This document shows positions 47,462 through 61,208 of a stretch of DNA of 64,000 nt, piece after piece. Both the position numbers and the translations under genes were made by a program. The stretch's first letter is position 1; every line of letters starts with the position of its first letter. Location: positions 219,873,238 through 219,937,237 of the forward strand of contig NC_133621.1 of assembly GCF_048593235.1 (NCBI RefSeq), in the 5' to 3' direction. The DNA comes from Sminthopsis crassicaudata (lineage: Eukaryota). Under the pieces are notes generated by a model, which saw nothing but the letters and a program-made list of their open reading frames with translations, did not search any database and was not told the origin of the DNA.

Positions 47462-50400
47462 GTCTTTACAGTAAATGATCATCTGTTCTTAGGGTAGTGA
47501 TGACATTTAAGAATTTTTTTTTTTTAATCAGTTTTTTGAATTGTACAGTGCATGACTACTAAACAAATAACTACTAAACAAAGACATAAATGAATAAAGG
47601 AATGACTTTTTCTCATCTCTCTCCTCTTTTATTTCCTTAATTCCTTAATAGGATATTAGGACTTGGCCAATTCCTTTATTTTACAGATGAAGAAACTGAG
47701 GCACAGTGAGATAAAGTAATTTGCCTCAAATCATATAAATAGCAAGTAACAAAACTGTTTCTTCTCTTCAGAAGCAAATGGAAACTTCTCAAAAACAAGT
47801 TCTGAGGAATACTTTTAAGGTAATTGATAACTGTTCTCTGTAATCTTTTCATCTTTTTCAGTGGATAAATTTCCAGTGAGCTTTGAATGTTACTTTTCCT
47901 ATTGCGGGGATATTATAAGACTCATATTCAGGTTAGGAATTAGGCTTTCTATATCAATGAGTGGGGCTTAAATCACCATCCAATAATCCAATAATGTGTA
48001 GCTGAGTATATGTTTGCTAATTGCATTCAAAATCTCTGTAGCTATTTATAAGACTCAGTTACTGATTAGGAAAAGATTTAATTCCCTAAGAAATGCTAAA
48101 GGGGCGACTAGCGTGGTTTTCATTCATGGTGTCTTTATTTTTTCATTTTTTTTTCTTCTCCCTGTCCCTTAACTAAAAAAAAAAAAATTATCTTTTTTAC
48201 ATTATATTCATTTTTGTTTATATCCCTCTCTCTCTTCTTTTAACCAGTGAGCCATCATTTCTACTAAGGTTCAACGAAAGAGAAATAAGCATTTCAGAAA
48301 AACTATCCAACACATTGACTGAGTTTGCCAGGTATTGGCAAATATGTGCAATATTCCACAGTCAAAGTCTGCCACCTTTGCAGTGAAAAAAGGAAGACAT
48401 ATTTTATCAATGTTTTCTTGGGGTCAAGCCTGGCTAATATAATTACAAGTGCTCAGTTTCATTTTTTTTTATTATATCACGTTTTCCCGATTCTCTTATG
48501 TCACTATGGATTAATTCATATAAATCTTACCATTTTTTATGGGGAAGCAAGAATTCATTTCATTGGTATGTTTCCAATTTTATTATATATAATTTTCTTT
48601 CCTCTGTTTTATGTTCAACCCAAGCACTCCTGCTGCTCTACCTGCCATCTCTGTGAGTGTGGACTGATTGACTGTTTTCCCCCTCCTTGGCTCCCTGCCC
48701 CATGCCTAGAATGTATTTCTATCTTACTGCTATCTCTTACAATCCCGTCAGATGTTCACAGGATCACAGATCTTGATATTTAAGACTTCAAAGTCTGTCT
48801 TCATCCATTCTTTTTTATTTTTCAGATGAGGAAATTGAAGTCCAGGACAGTTAAATGTTTTACTTAAGTATATATAGGTAGTAAGCAGTGAGGAAGGATT
48901 TGAATCCTCTGATAGCAATGTTCTTTCTTCTACACTAGACTGCTTTACCCTTTGTTTTCTTCAAAATTCTGCTCAAATTGCATCTTCTATAGGAAGCCTT
49001 TGCTAATCCTCTAGGATACTCAGTGCCTTCACCATTCTGTTTTAGCTGCATTCATTTTGTGAAATACATATCATCTCCTTTGATAACATGTAAGTTCCCT
49101 TAGCACAGGGACAATTTCTTTTTTCTTTTTGTATCTTTTTTACTTAGCATAATGCCTGGCACACTGTAGGTACTTAATAAATGCCTGTGAATTGGTTGGT
49201 TCCATGTTTATTTTCAGTCACTTTGTAACTGAGAGACATCCACTTTGTTTCTTCCCCCCCCCCCTTTTTTTTTCTGTCACAAGAAATTCTGCTGTAATAT
49301 TTTGGTTTAATATGGGATCTTTCTGTCTTTGATTTCTTTGGATTCCCCAACCTTTCTCAATAGTTACTGTGGAGGCAGGACAATCAGAATTTGGGCTCTT
49401 GTACCTGTGGAGATACCCTGACAATAAGAGAGAATGAGCTTTCATAAAACAGAGATGTACTCTTATGAGAGGTGTTTTAGGACCCAGAATTCCTTTAGTA
49501 GCTCCATTTTATCTTGATCTTGTAAAATCTGTAATCCTGCTTGCATTCAGTGCACATATCTAACTAGAAGGGAATCTCTGTGGTATGGTTGTTTTATTAA
49601 TTTCTCTTCTATAACAGTGACAATCCTTAGTCTGACACATACAAGCTGTAACGGAACAGTGAGCAATACTTACTTATTTGGATATTGCAGTATTTTTTAA
49701 TCCTTTTGCCATAAATCTTGTATCTTTGGCTGTCAGCAGAGTACTTCCTTTTAGAAATCCACATGGATCTTTGTTTCCACAATTCTGAAAGAATAACATT
49801 AGGGTGGAAGTGAGGCAAGGCTATAAACTGGGGACATAGTCATATTTCTCATAGTATAGATACATTCAGTGAGAGCATTAATCCTATTTGTTTTGAGTAG
49901 TAAATCAAATCTGAGTGATTATGCACTGATGACAAAATGGTATCAAATGCACCATATTTTTCTTTATTTCCTCTGAACCATATGAAATTTCAGAGGTCTA
50001 GTAAGAAAAGAATAGTCAATTGAATTCAATAACTTTTTGAAATTAAAATGACTGGGACTCCATGGACATGTATTAGAACTGTGTTTCCCATCATTAATCT
50101 GACATCTAACTGACTCAGAGTAAGAGAGCCAAGTCTATTTAAGTGAATAAATAGATATTGTTAGAAAGAGAGAAAGGAGATTTTTGAAGGAGAGGCTATT
50201 TTTGGACTCTGTTTTGGGAGAATTGATGCTCATTGTCCTTTACAGGCAGCCTCTAGGCTCCCTGACAGGTCCTATGCTAACAAAAATGGCTCATATTTTT
50301 ATCTATTTCCAGAATAAGCACTAGGGGATCAATTGAACAAAAGTGAAAGTGCCCTGGGGAGGTGTATTTCAAAGATATTAATGAGCCTCTTTGTTTGGCA

Positions 50401-50762
50401 ACTTTAGGGAAAAAACTTTAAACAGGTTTCTGACATAAGTGATCCAGAGAGACTGGTGAGGAAGATGCCAGGAAATTATTCATTGGAGTAGTGCTTGATA
50501 AGAGGAAAGAACTCTTTTTCCACTGCCTTTGGTCACTCTTAGCATTTAAAATTTTTTTTAGAAACTTTTTTTCCCAAAGATTCTTTTCCTTCCTCCTTTC
50601 TTCTCTACTAGTTCCTCTCCTCTCACTATGAAGATAGGAAAAGAAAAACAAGACCCTGTAACTAATAATGGAAAATGAGAAAAACAAATTCTTACATTGT
50701 TCATATATATGAATATATATCTCATTCTACATGTAGAGTTCGTCACCTCTCTTTTAGGAATA

Positions 50763-51200
50763 TGTGGAATGGATGCTAGATCCCCTTTCCCAAATTAACA
50801 TATCAGACATATCTTCAGGTGCAAAGAGAAAGTATTTATTTAGTCCCTGAAGGGAAAGGTCTAGACACACACCTGAGAGCCATTCCAACTCCCACCATGG
50901 GCTTCTGGAACCTGACCAGCTTCAGGCTTGTTCAAGATTTAAAAAGTAAAAGACTTGAGCCTTTTCATTGGATAGACTAAAAGGACATAACCATCCTTGA
51001 CCAATTGTCTGCTTCTTTTGGGTCATGTTACTTCCTGTGGGTCACATCAATTCCTCTGGGTCATAGCACTTCCTGTCTTTTTAACCTTTAGAGAGCACGT
51101 GATTCCCTGCAATCCAGAGTTCAAGATTTGGGAATAGGGATCAAGGTCTGTGAATAGGGATTTAAGGGATTATGTGATGGTAGTCGCAATCTGAGAAAAC
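50763..51200 (-). mobile_element. Possible LTR remnant
   Basis: TG start, reverse-complement AATAAA (~50836), a TATA-like run, CCAAT and two ACTTCCTG motifs in LTR-like order. No convincing TSD. Confidence 0.35.
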
Positions 51201-51724
51201 TGTATCCAATAGTCCCATTCATTACTCTGGAAGAAGGTGGTTAGAGAAGTAAATTCACCAAAAGAGTAACAGCTTAAGGAAATGGCAGAAAATAGAAAAA
51301 AATCAGAAAATAATAGTTTTAAGATAAAAGGGAGTTCGTTAATTATGGGTCAGGTATTATATATGGAAGAGGCAGGCCAATTTGGAGCAGAACATTGTGA
51401 ATGTAGAATGGAGATAGCTAAGGGTAAAGGAGTAGAAAAAGGAAAGTTTGGAGATAGGCTTGTACAGTGGCAACTGGGTCTTCAGAATCACTGGAAGTGG
51501 GAGGGTATTAAGGGTTGAGAGTATGCCAACCATTGGGGAACCAGTTCAGTCAGAATACCAGGGGTTGAAGAAAGTTCTATTGAAGGAGACAGTTATTTAT
51601 ACTGTTCAAGATCTTTCTTAGAGTTTGAATTTTATATTAGTTGGTGATGTTATATTTTGTGCAGCCCAAAGAGCCAAGACATGGAGAGTCTAGAAGTCTG
51701 CTTATACCAGCAGTGTTGATTCAC

Positions 51725-52420
51725 CAGTGTTACTACTGGGCTTATATCCCAAAGAGATATTAAAGAAGGGAAAAGGACCTGTATATGCCAAAATGTTTGT
51801 GGCACCCTTTTTGTAGTGGCTAAAAACTGGAAATTGAATGGATGCCCATCAATTGGAGAATGGCTGGGTAAATTGTGGTATATGAATATTATGGAATATT
51901 ATTATTCTGTAAGAAATGACCAGCAGGGGTTGGAAAGACTTACATGAATTGATGCTAAATGAAATGAGTAGAACCAGGCGATCATTATACACTTCATCAA
52001 CAATACTATATGAGGATCAATTATGAAGGAAATGAAACCTTTGGCAATGAGAGGATCCAATTCAATTCCAATTGATCAGTGATGAACAGAACCAGCTACA
52101 TCCAGAGAAAGAACACAAAGAACACAGGGAAATGAATGTGGACTATTTGCATTTTTTTTTCTTTTTCTTTTTTTTTTCTTTATCTTTTTAAATCTGATTT
52201 TTCTTGTGTAACAAGAGAACTCTTTAAATATGTACACATATATTGTATTTAAGATATACTTTAACATGTTTAACATGTATGAGACTGCTTGTCATCTAGG
52301 GGAGGGAGTGGAGGGAAAGAAGGGAAAAATTGGAACAGAAGTGATTGCAAGGGACAATGTTGAAAAATTACCCATGCATATGTTCTGTCAATAAAAAGCT
52401 ATAATAAAACTAAAAAAAAA
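51725..52420 (+). mobile_element. 5'-truncated L1 3' end
   Basis: CTACTGGGCTTATATCCCAAAGAG...AAAAAGCTATAATAAAAC-An, homologous to the young L1 3' end. Confidence 0.88.
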
Positions 52421-53449
52421 AAGAAAAGAAAGATGGATTAGAGAGAATGAGGTATTTGAAAGTAGAGAGACCAGTTAAGAGGCTAACATAAACTAATTTG
52501 AGTAAGGACTGCTTGAATGAAGTTGGAAGATTAGGAAAAATTGTACAAGATATCTTTTGGATAAAATTGACAGTACTTGATAGCTAGTTTGTTGTGGGGA
52601 CAGAGAAGAGGGGAAAATCTGATGTGTCAAGACCTAATGACAGGGAAAATGGTTGTACTATTGATAGACATAGGGAAGTTATAAGAAGGGATAATTTTTG
52701 TTAGGAAGGTGATGAGTTCTCTTTGAATATGTTTAATTAGGGAGCTGTTGGCTTCTTCAATTTCATTATCTAGAAGGCAACGATGAATTTTTGGAAGAGA
52801 GTTAAGACTGTTATCTAATTTGATTTTAATCAGCAAAAATGTATTAGTTTTTATTATATTATAGGTCTTATGCTAAGTATCAGGGATAAAGAGATGAAAT
52901 GGTAGCACCTAATTCCTGCTTTTGTGGAACTTATACTCTCTTAGAGGAAATACCACATATATAGGAACAAATATAATACCTCAAAAGGGCTATGGTTTTA
53001 TTGGTGCATATAATACCCTTGCTGATGCATATCAAGATCTTTCACAATGTTGAAAAAATTCTTCATGAATTGCTGTATCCCACCCCCATCATTACTTATT
53101 GGCTAACTTTGGGAATCATTTTCTCTGAAGCTATGATAATTTTATGATGACAGAAGCAGAATTTTTTTTTTGGGGGGGCTGTCACTGAAGAATTTCTAGG
53201 TAGAAACACAGAGCAGAACTTGTTTTCACTTAAAGCTAAATCCACAAGAAGATGATTGATAAGTAGATTTGAGAGTTATTTTCAGAGAGGCAATAATTGA
53301 GCTGTCAGATGTGATGAAATTTCTGAGAAAAAAAGAAAGAAGTAAAAGAGAAAGATGAGGGAAGAAAAAGAGATAAAGGAATGAGAAGGTTAATGGCAGA
53401 TCCTTTGGGAAATTTAGGCTGAAGAAATGAGATTAAGGAGACAAAGTTG

Positions 53450-55174
53450 GATCTAGAAAAAATAACAATAAAATTAATCTGGAAGAACAAAAGCTCAAGA
53501 ATTTCAAAGGAACTAATGAAAAAAAAAAGGTGAAGGTGGCCTAGTTGTACCAGATTTAAAACTATATTATAAAGTAGCAGTCATCAAAACCATTTGGTAA
53601 AGGCTGAGAAATAAATTAGTTGATCAGTGGAATATGTTAAGTTCACAGGAAAAAATAGTCAATAACTATAGTAATCTAGTGTATGACAAACCCAAAGACC
53701 ACAGCTTTTTGGATAAGAATTTACTATTTGACAAAAACTGCTGGGAAAATTGGAAACTAATATGGCAGAAACTAGGCCTTGACCCACACTTAACACTGTA
53801 TATCAAGATAAGGTCAAAATGAATTCATGATTTAGACATAAAGAATGAGATTATAAATCAATTGGAAGACCATAGGATAGTTTACCTCTCAGACCTGTGG
53901 AAGAGGAAGGAATTTGTGACCAAAGAAGAACTAGAGATCATTATTGATCACAAAATAGAAAATCTTGATTATATTAAATTAAAAAGGTTTTGTACAAACA
54001 AAACTAATGCAGACAAGATTAGAAGGGAAGCAATAAATTGGGAAAACCTTTTTACAGTTAAAGGTTCTGATAAAGGCCTCATTTCCAAAATATATAGAGA
54101 ATTTACTCAAGTTTATAAGAAATCAAGCCATTCTCCAATTGATAAATGGTCAAAGGATATGAACAATTTTCAAATGAAATGAAACTATTTCTAGTCATAT
54201 GAAAAGGTGCTCCAAATCATTATCGATCAGAGGAATGAAAATTAAGACAACTCTGAGATACCACTACACACATGTCAGATTGGCTAAGATGACAGGGAAA
54301 GATAATGACAACTGTTGGAGGGGATGTGGGAAAACTGGGACATTGATACATTGTTGGTGGAATTGTGAATGAATCCAACCATTTGGGAGAGCAATTTCGG
54401 AACTATGCTTAAAAAAGTTATCAAACTGTACATACCCTTTGATCCAGCAGTGCTACTACTGGGCTTGTATCCCAAAGAGATCTTAAAAAAGGAAAGGGAC
54501 CCACATGTGCAAAAATGTTTGTGGTAGCCCTTTTTGTAGTGGCTAGAAACTGGAAATTGAGTGGATGCCCATCAGTTGGAGAATAGCTGAATAAATTGTG
54601 GTATATGAATGTTATGGAATATTATTGTTCAGTAAGAAGTGATCAGCAGGATGATTTCAGAGAGGGTTGGAGAGACTTACATGAATTGATGCTAAGTGAA
54701 ATGAACAGAACCAGGAAATCCTTACACAGCAACAACAAGATTATACAATGATCAACTCTGATGGATGTGGCTTTCTTCAACAATGAGACGATTCAAACTA
54801 ATTCCAATTGTTCAGTGATGAAGAGAGTCATATACACCCAAAGAGAGGACTGTGGGAACTGAGTGTGGACCACAACATAGCATTTTCATTCTTTCCTTTG
54901 ATATTTACTTATATTTTGTTTTCCTTCTCAGGTTTTTTTCTTTCTTTCTAGATTCGATTTTTCTTGTGCAGCAAGATAACTGTATAAATATGTATACATA
55001 TGTTAGATTTAACATATATTTTAATATATTTAACATGTATTGGACTACCTGCCATCTAGGGGAGGGGGTAGGGGAGAAGAGGGGAAAAGTTGGAACAGAA
55101 GATTTGCAAGGGTCATTGTTAAAAAATTACTCATGCATATGTTTTGGAAATAAAAAAACTATAATAATAAAAAA
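53450..55174 (+). mobile_element. 5'-truncated L1 (~1.7 kb)
   Basis: ORF2 3' third (broken ORFs at 53634 and 53862), 3' UTR and A-tail. 15-bp TSD AAGGAGACAAA(G/A)TTG at 53435-53449 and 55175-55189. Confidence 0.92.
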
Positions 55175-56127
55175 AAGGAGACAAAATTGTAGCTAGGAAG
55201 GAGAATGAAAATAGAATAGAATCAGAGAAACTAAGAAGAAAGGACTTTAAAAAAGAGAGGATGATACATTGCCAAATGATACATAAAATTCAAGGAAGAA
55301 GGTGAGGAGTGGAAAATAATGCCAATGGATCTGGAATTCAAAAGGATATTAACTATCTTTGAGAGAGAGCAAGCAGGTGTATTAGAGAGACATATGGAAT
55401 AATATTAAGCAATGAGTAAGAATTTTGAAAATGGAAGAAAATACTGTTAACTATTTTTTCCCTATAAATTTAGCAATGAAGTACTTGGAGAGGTTTGAAG
55501 GAATTAGGGAAGATTTTTTTTTTTTTTTTTTTTTTTGAGAATAAGAGATATTTGAACATATTTAGAAGAAGAAAAGGAACAAGTTGAACAGTACTATCAT
55601 TGAATCAAGAAGATAATAAAAATAAGAAATAATGGAATAATAGATTTTCAGAATTGGAAACGTAGTCAAAGGTCATCTAATCAAACTTCTACTTGAAGCA
55701 TGAACTATTTCCACAAAATCTCTAGATAGTGAGCAAATGATCCTGCATGAGGCAGTCCATTCCAGTTCTAGAAAGCCCTAATAGCTAGAAAGTTTTTCCT
55801 TATTGAACTAAAATCTGCTGAAGTCTGCTTATATGGAGGTACAAGTGTTATTGTCTGGGACCAAGCAGAGTAAGACTAAACCTTCTTTCACATGTTAATC
55901 CTTCACAAATTCCAGTGTCTTCTTTTTTATAGATTAAACATCTTCAATCTTTTTAAAATCTCCTCAGATGATAGGTTCATATTCCCTTCTCTATCCTGGT
56001 TACCCTATCTGAACATAGTCTATTTTGTCCATCAATATCCCTCCAGTTAGTCTTAAGCTTTCTGACACTTCAATTACTTTCATGCATTATCTCCGAGGCT
56101 TTTCCATGTAGTCATTAATTTTGTATC

Positions 56128-57466
56128 TCACCAGAAACTCTTAATCTTTTGAACCAGATCCTTGGAGGCTGGCATAATTTGCTTGTTTCTTAAGGCATGA
56201 ATGATGGGATTCAGCAGAGGGATTATTGAAGGTTACATCATTCTTAGCTGAAGGCTTGATATACATGAAGATGCAGCTTCCAAAGGACAGAAAGATGACA
56301 ATAATGTAGGAAGAACAGGTGGAAAAGGCTTTTTTCCTTTGCTGGGCAGAAGGAATCCTGAGATTAGTCCAGAAGATGTTTGTGTAAGTGAGCAACATAT
56401 AGAGTTATTATAAGTGTCAGAGTAGCAAAGAGAGAATTAACCAGTTTTATGAGGCTAGTTTCTGAGCAGGAGAGCTTTAGAAGGAGAGTTGTATGTTATG
56501 GGCCAGAACTTGAAACAAAGTGCTAAGTCATTGGAATTGATAGAGACAGTGCTTATGTACTTAGTACTTATTAGAGTTCACACCTTTAAGAGACCATATA
56601 TAAAGAGGAGCTCCCACAAGCCCACAGAGACCCATAAGCCCACTCTCTTGGAGGCAGAGTCAGATTCATCCCATTTTCCACCTTTGTGCTGGTTGGAGGC
56701 TGAAGGACAAACCTTTGGATTCGAAGACATTCAGAGGGAGTTCTTGGAACCAAGGAGAGAGATAGGCCTCTATTAAAGCTAACTAGGCCCCAGGAAAAGA
56801 TTCAAGACTTTGAAGGAGCAAATAAAGGATTTGGACTTTAACTCCTGGCTGCATTTGGGATTATTGAACTGAACTGAAACTAAAGCTGCTCCAGAAGCTC
56901 CCCAAGAAATCTGCTCTCAGAGAACATTATACTTTAAAGAAGAACATTACAGTTGCATCACAATAATAATGATTTATAACATTGGATGAGCAGAAGTTCA
57001 GGCTCTTTGTCAATAGAACTGCTATAGCAACAATGAGGAACCCAGACAGCCAAGAAAAGAGGATAAGCAGGATGCAGGCCTTATCGTTCATGATGATTGT
57101 GTTATGCAAGGGCTTGCAGATGACAACATAGTGATCTTAGGATATGGCCCTAGAAATATTCCAAAAAAAATATTGAATGAAACAGAGATGAAAATCAATT
57201 GCTTTTCTTCCTGTTGATATACTGTACAACTGTTTAGGAGTAAAAGCTGATGTGAAAAAATTTTCTAAGATGAAAAAATTCCAGAGAAAGAAATACGTGG
57301 AAGTTTGGAGATGAAAATTCAGTAGAATGAGGGTGATGATGGTCAAGTTTCCAAAAACAATGAATGTATATATGAAAGAGAGAACTAGGAAAAGTACAAC
57401 CTGGAACTCAGGAGCATCTGTCAGACCCAATAGAATGAAGTCAGTCAATGTAGTAAGATTTTTCAT
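56128..57466 (-). pseudogene. OR6C-subfamily pseudogene interrupted by a solo LTR
   Basis: Starts [23 protein letters not shown]. There is a deletion in TM3 before the MAYDRY-equivalent. NHYYCDAT|LLLKLSCSETS is split by the LTR. It retains [10 protein letters not shown], has a deletion in TM7, and ends at TGA 56130-56128. Confidence 0.92.
56494..56951 (+). mobile_element. Solo LTR (Lys-PBS ERV family) inserted antisense in the OR pseudogene
   Basis: TGTTATG...ATTACA with a 6-bp TSD GTTGTA/GTTGCA (56488-56493 and 56952-56957). Same family as 40568-41090. Confidence 0.9.
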
Positions 57467-59149
57467 TGTGACTTGGGCTATATCTGAAAGTGAAAATGTC
57501 AAACAGAGTAAGAGAGAAAGGGGGTCATGCTAAGACAGTCAATGGAATTAGTTACTTCAATCTATTATATTGTAGTTAGTTCTTTGCAAGCTTCATTTTC
57601 CTCAGGTTCTGTATAGGACAACTTAATCTTGAAGGTCCTAGTAAAGCTGCCATATTTTCTATCTCTTTTCATAAGTGTCGTTGTCCCATTTTTCCCCTCA
57701 AAGGATTTGCCATTTTCTGGTTATCTGTTTCATATTTTTATTGATTTGTCTTGACTCCATGCTTAACTCACCAATATTACTTTGGCTTCTTGGCAGCCAT
57801 ATCTCAGTATATCATTTCACCTGTTTCTCCTTTTCCTCCTCTTCCTTCTCTGAGTTTTATAATGCATTCCCATACAATACTTGTCATTCCTTATCAGCCT
57901 AGCTCTTTGGCTCCCTCCCTCCAGGAACTAAAGGCAAGAGCTTCTCCAAAGTAGCTTGTGAGGAGGATTGAAGGCCACACAATTATCTCCTCTGTTTCTT
58001 GCAGAAAGAATTCATGGGGAATTATCTTTTTGTCAAAGGATTTCAGCACTTAACCATCTTTAATGAATGTCAACTTTGGGATTCTATTCTTTGGGACATT
58101 TCTTTTGGGGATTAATCGCCACTTCTCATTACCTCCCATTTACACTGAATATGCTTTTTGCATCCATAAATTTTTGCTTGTTTATCTTCCCCATTAAAAT
58201 GTTAGCTTCCTGAAGACAGAAATTGTATTTTTGCCTTTCTTTGAATCCTAGGAGTATACCTAGCACAGTAGGCATTTAATAAGTGCTTGTTGATATACTC
58301 ACCATATATTACAATTTCTTCCTTTCTCTGTTGCATTCAATTTCCAGAGAATTTCATAGTTGAAAGGGGTGTCAGGAGCTATGCAATAAATGGCCAATTC
58401 TTGTTTTAGATCATGTTTTCTGCCTTGCATTTTTTATCCCAGGTTTGCTGCATAACTTATCTGTATTTATAGATTTGGGTCAAACCTTCTGCTTTTGTCC
58501 TTTGCTTTTATTGCATCAATTTTATTTTATTAATAATTGATCCCCTTTTCTCAAATGACCATTCACATTTTTCAGGCCTCTTTCCCTATGGATTGTCCCA
58601 TTTAAGCTAGAGTGCCTGTGAGCATCACAGTTCATGCCACAGAGAACTAAGCCCCTCCACAGCTTCATCCTTGGCCTTTTCTTCATAAGAGGAAAAATAC
58701 AATTAAAGGAGTGTTTTGGAGAGTGTTTTTCTTTTCAATGGTCATACTTGGAAAGGTGAAAAGTATTTGTGCTTGTTGAGAACTTGGACTATACTCATTA
58801 TTAGAAACTATTTCCTGGAGAAGATAGGCTTAGAATGAGGGAGTGAGTCATTAAATGAATTAATATACGAATAAAAAAAAAATTTATTAAGTGTTTACTG
58901 TATGCCAAGTACTGTGTTAATAATGAGAATAGAACTACAAAGACAATGCTAGTCCCTGTCCTCAAGAAGATTACATTCCAATAGGAGGAAGTAAAACATA
59001 TATGGAAGTGAGGCCAAGGATTGATACTTTGGAAATCAAGCTGATACATTATTTCCAAGAGTAATGCATTAACATTCTCATAGTTAGTATTGTAAAATGC
59101 AATAAGGATAATTTTGCATTTAGCTAATTGAACTTTTAAATTAAAGTTG

Positions 59150-60135
59150 TTTTGTTCATTGGATTCTTCCCCCCCTCCCCATTTCACCAATTCTATTTTT
59201 TTAGGCAGTTGTTTTCAGTTTCTATTTCATCGAATCTGTTTTTCAAGGAGTTGTTTTATTTTTCCATTTTGTCAAATCTATTTTTGAGGAGCTGTTTTCT
59301 TTTTCCATTTTGCCTAATCTATTTTAAAAGAGTGATTTTCTTCAGACAATTTCTACAATTTCTGTGTTTCTTTTTCCAAAGCTCTCAATTTCTTTCCCCA
59401 TTTTTCTTTTAACTATTTTTAAAGATTCTTTTTAAATTCTTTCAAGAGAGCCTTTCGAAATGGAGAGCAACTCATATCACCCTTTGAAGCTTCATCTGAA
59501 TATGTTTTGCTTTTAGTGTCCTTAGGATTTGAGGTTTGTTCTTCCTTGTTTCTATAATAATTATCTATGGTCAGAGCTCTTTTTGCCTTCTTGCTTATTT
59601 TTAAAGGTTGAGATCTACTCTTAGGGCAAAGGAGTCCAAGCTTCCTCTATAGGTTATAGTGGCTAAACATTTCCCTGGGTTTGGTGCTGCCAACTTCCTT
59701 CTTGTGTTTGGTGGGCATGGCTAAATCCCACTTCTTATGCTGGGGTTCAGGAGCTCACTGTTTGGTTTCTATAGTTGTGTTGGAGGTCTCACAGCTAGTT
59801 TGCTGATCCACTGGCATTTGAATCAGGACAGAGTAGCCAACACTGCTATATTTTGGCTAAGAGTTTCTCAATAGATTCCCCTGATTTTTGGAGGACTCTC
59901 TGCCTTGGGCTTCCCTGTACTTTGCCTATGCTGGGCTACCTTCCCCTACTGCCCAATTGAGACAGCTCTTTCCTGAAGTTCTCCCAAAATATCTTTTGCC
60001 GGAAATTTGTTATATTTCAAATATTTGTGGGTTTTGTCACTTCAAAACCTGTTCAGAGGCTTGATCTGGTGTTGATTCTGAGGAAAGCCAAGAAGAGCTC
60101 AAAGACCTGTCTACTTTCTATCATTTTGGTTCCTG
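59150..60135 (-). mobile_element. Old L1 5' UTR plus start of ORF1 (degraded)
   Basis: Coiled-coil-like repeats (GGAGTTGTTTT..TTTTCCATTTTG) at 59200-59340 and ORF1-start similarity (CTATCTATGGTCAGAGCTCTTTTT) to the young L1. Confidence 0.7.
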
Positions 60136-60275
60136 ATGAGGGTAAACTTTGAAAGATTTGGATTATAGAATTGAAAGACTTGGGGCTCAAGGTTTTAACA
60201 TGGAATGTTAAAAGGGAGAGATATTAACCTTACATACTTTATTTAGATTTTCCATCTAGGATTAAACTATGTTTC

Positions 60276-61208
60276 TCATCCAATGTTCATGATTTTTCTG
60301 ACCCTATCTTTGAATGCTTGTATTACTTGCTTGTTTCTTAGGGTATAAATGAAAGGATTAAGTAAGGGGGCAATTGAAGTATTAAGTACAGCTACTCCTT
60401 TGTTGAAAGAAATACCTTCCCTTGCTGATGGTTTAACATACATGAAGATGCAACTACCATATGAGAGGGAGACAACAATCATGTGGGAGGAACAGGTGGA
60501 AAAGGCTTTTTTCTTTTGTTGGGCAGAGGGAAACTGAAGAATTGTCTGGATGATATTTGTGTAGGAGAGAATCACCAGTACAAGGGTGATTGTAAGTGTT
60601 ATCAGTGCTAATATAAAGTCAATCATCTCTAAAAGGGTTGTGTCTGAGCAAGAAATCTGCAGGAGAGGCCCATAGTCACAGAAATAATGATTTAGCACAT
60701 TGGATGCACAGAAATCCAGACGGCTTGTCAGGATGATAGGTGATAAAATAATTAAGAGCCCAGCCAGCCAAGAGCACAGCACAAGTTGGTTGCATACTCT
60801 AGTGTTCATGATGGTTGTGTAATGCAGAGGTTTGCAGATGGCCACATAGCGGTCATAGGACATGGCAGCCAGAAGGTAAAACTCTGTTGCTCCCAGAAAT
60901 ATGGCAAAGAAGTACTGAGTGAAGCATCCAGCAAAACTAATGGTTTTGTTTCCTGTTGTAAGGCTGAACAAGAGTCTGGGAGTAAAAACAGATGTGAATG
61001 AAATTTCTAAGAAGGAGAAATTTCGAAGGAAAAAATACATGGGAGTTTGAAGATGGGAGTCCAGCAAGGTAAGGGTGATAATGGTCAGATTGCCAAAGAT
61101 GCTGAACATATAGGTGAAAAAAAGGAAGAAGAATATTGCAACTTGGAATTCAGGGGCATCTGTCAGTCCCAGAAGGATGAACTCAGTCAGTGTGGTGAGA
61201 TTTTTCAT
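60276..61208 (-). CDS. Olfactory receptor, OR6C subfamily (OR6C4/OR2AP1-like), intact, 310 aa; paralog of 42119-43048
   Basis: Full OR motif set. My hand count gives 35 nt differences in 930 and 9 aa substitutions relative to the first copy. A TGA-to-GGA change adds one Gly. Confidence 0.96.
   Translation of the reverse strand: MKNLTTLTEFILLGLTDAPEFQVAIFFFLFFTYMFSIFGNLTIITLTLLDSHLQTPMYFFLRNFSFLEISFTSVFTPRLLFSLTTGNKTISFAGCFTQYFFAIFLGATEFYLLAAMSYDRYVAICKPLHYTTIMNTRVCNQLVLCSWLAGLLIILSPIILTSRLDFCASNVLNHYFCDYGPLLQISCSDTTLLEMIDFILALITLTITLVLVILSYTNIIQTILQFPSAQQKKKAFSTCSSHMIVVSLSYGSCIFMYVKPSAREGISFNKGVAVLNTSIAPLLNPFIYTLRNKQVIQAFKDRVRKIMNIG

Larger units (their letters stand above)
41490..49120. repeat. 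Tandem segmental duplication, copy 1 (copy 2 runs from ~59630 past the window end)
   Basis: Collinear blocks: 41490-44050 with 59630-62190; 46190-46907 with 62455-63187; 47465-47815 with 63190-63528; 49015-49120 with 63895-64000. Confidence 0.9.
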
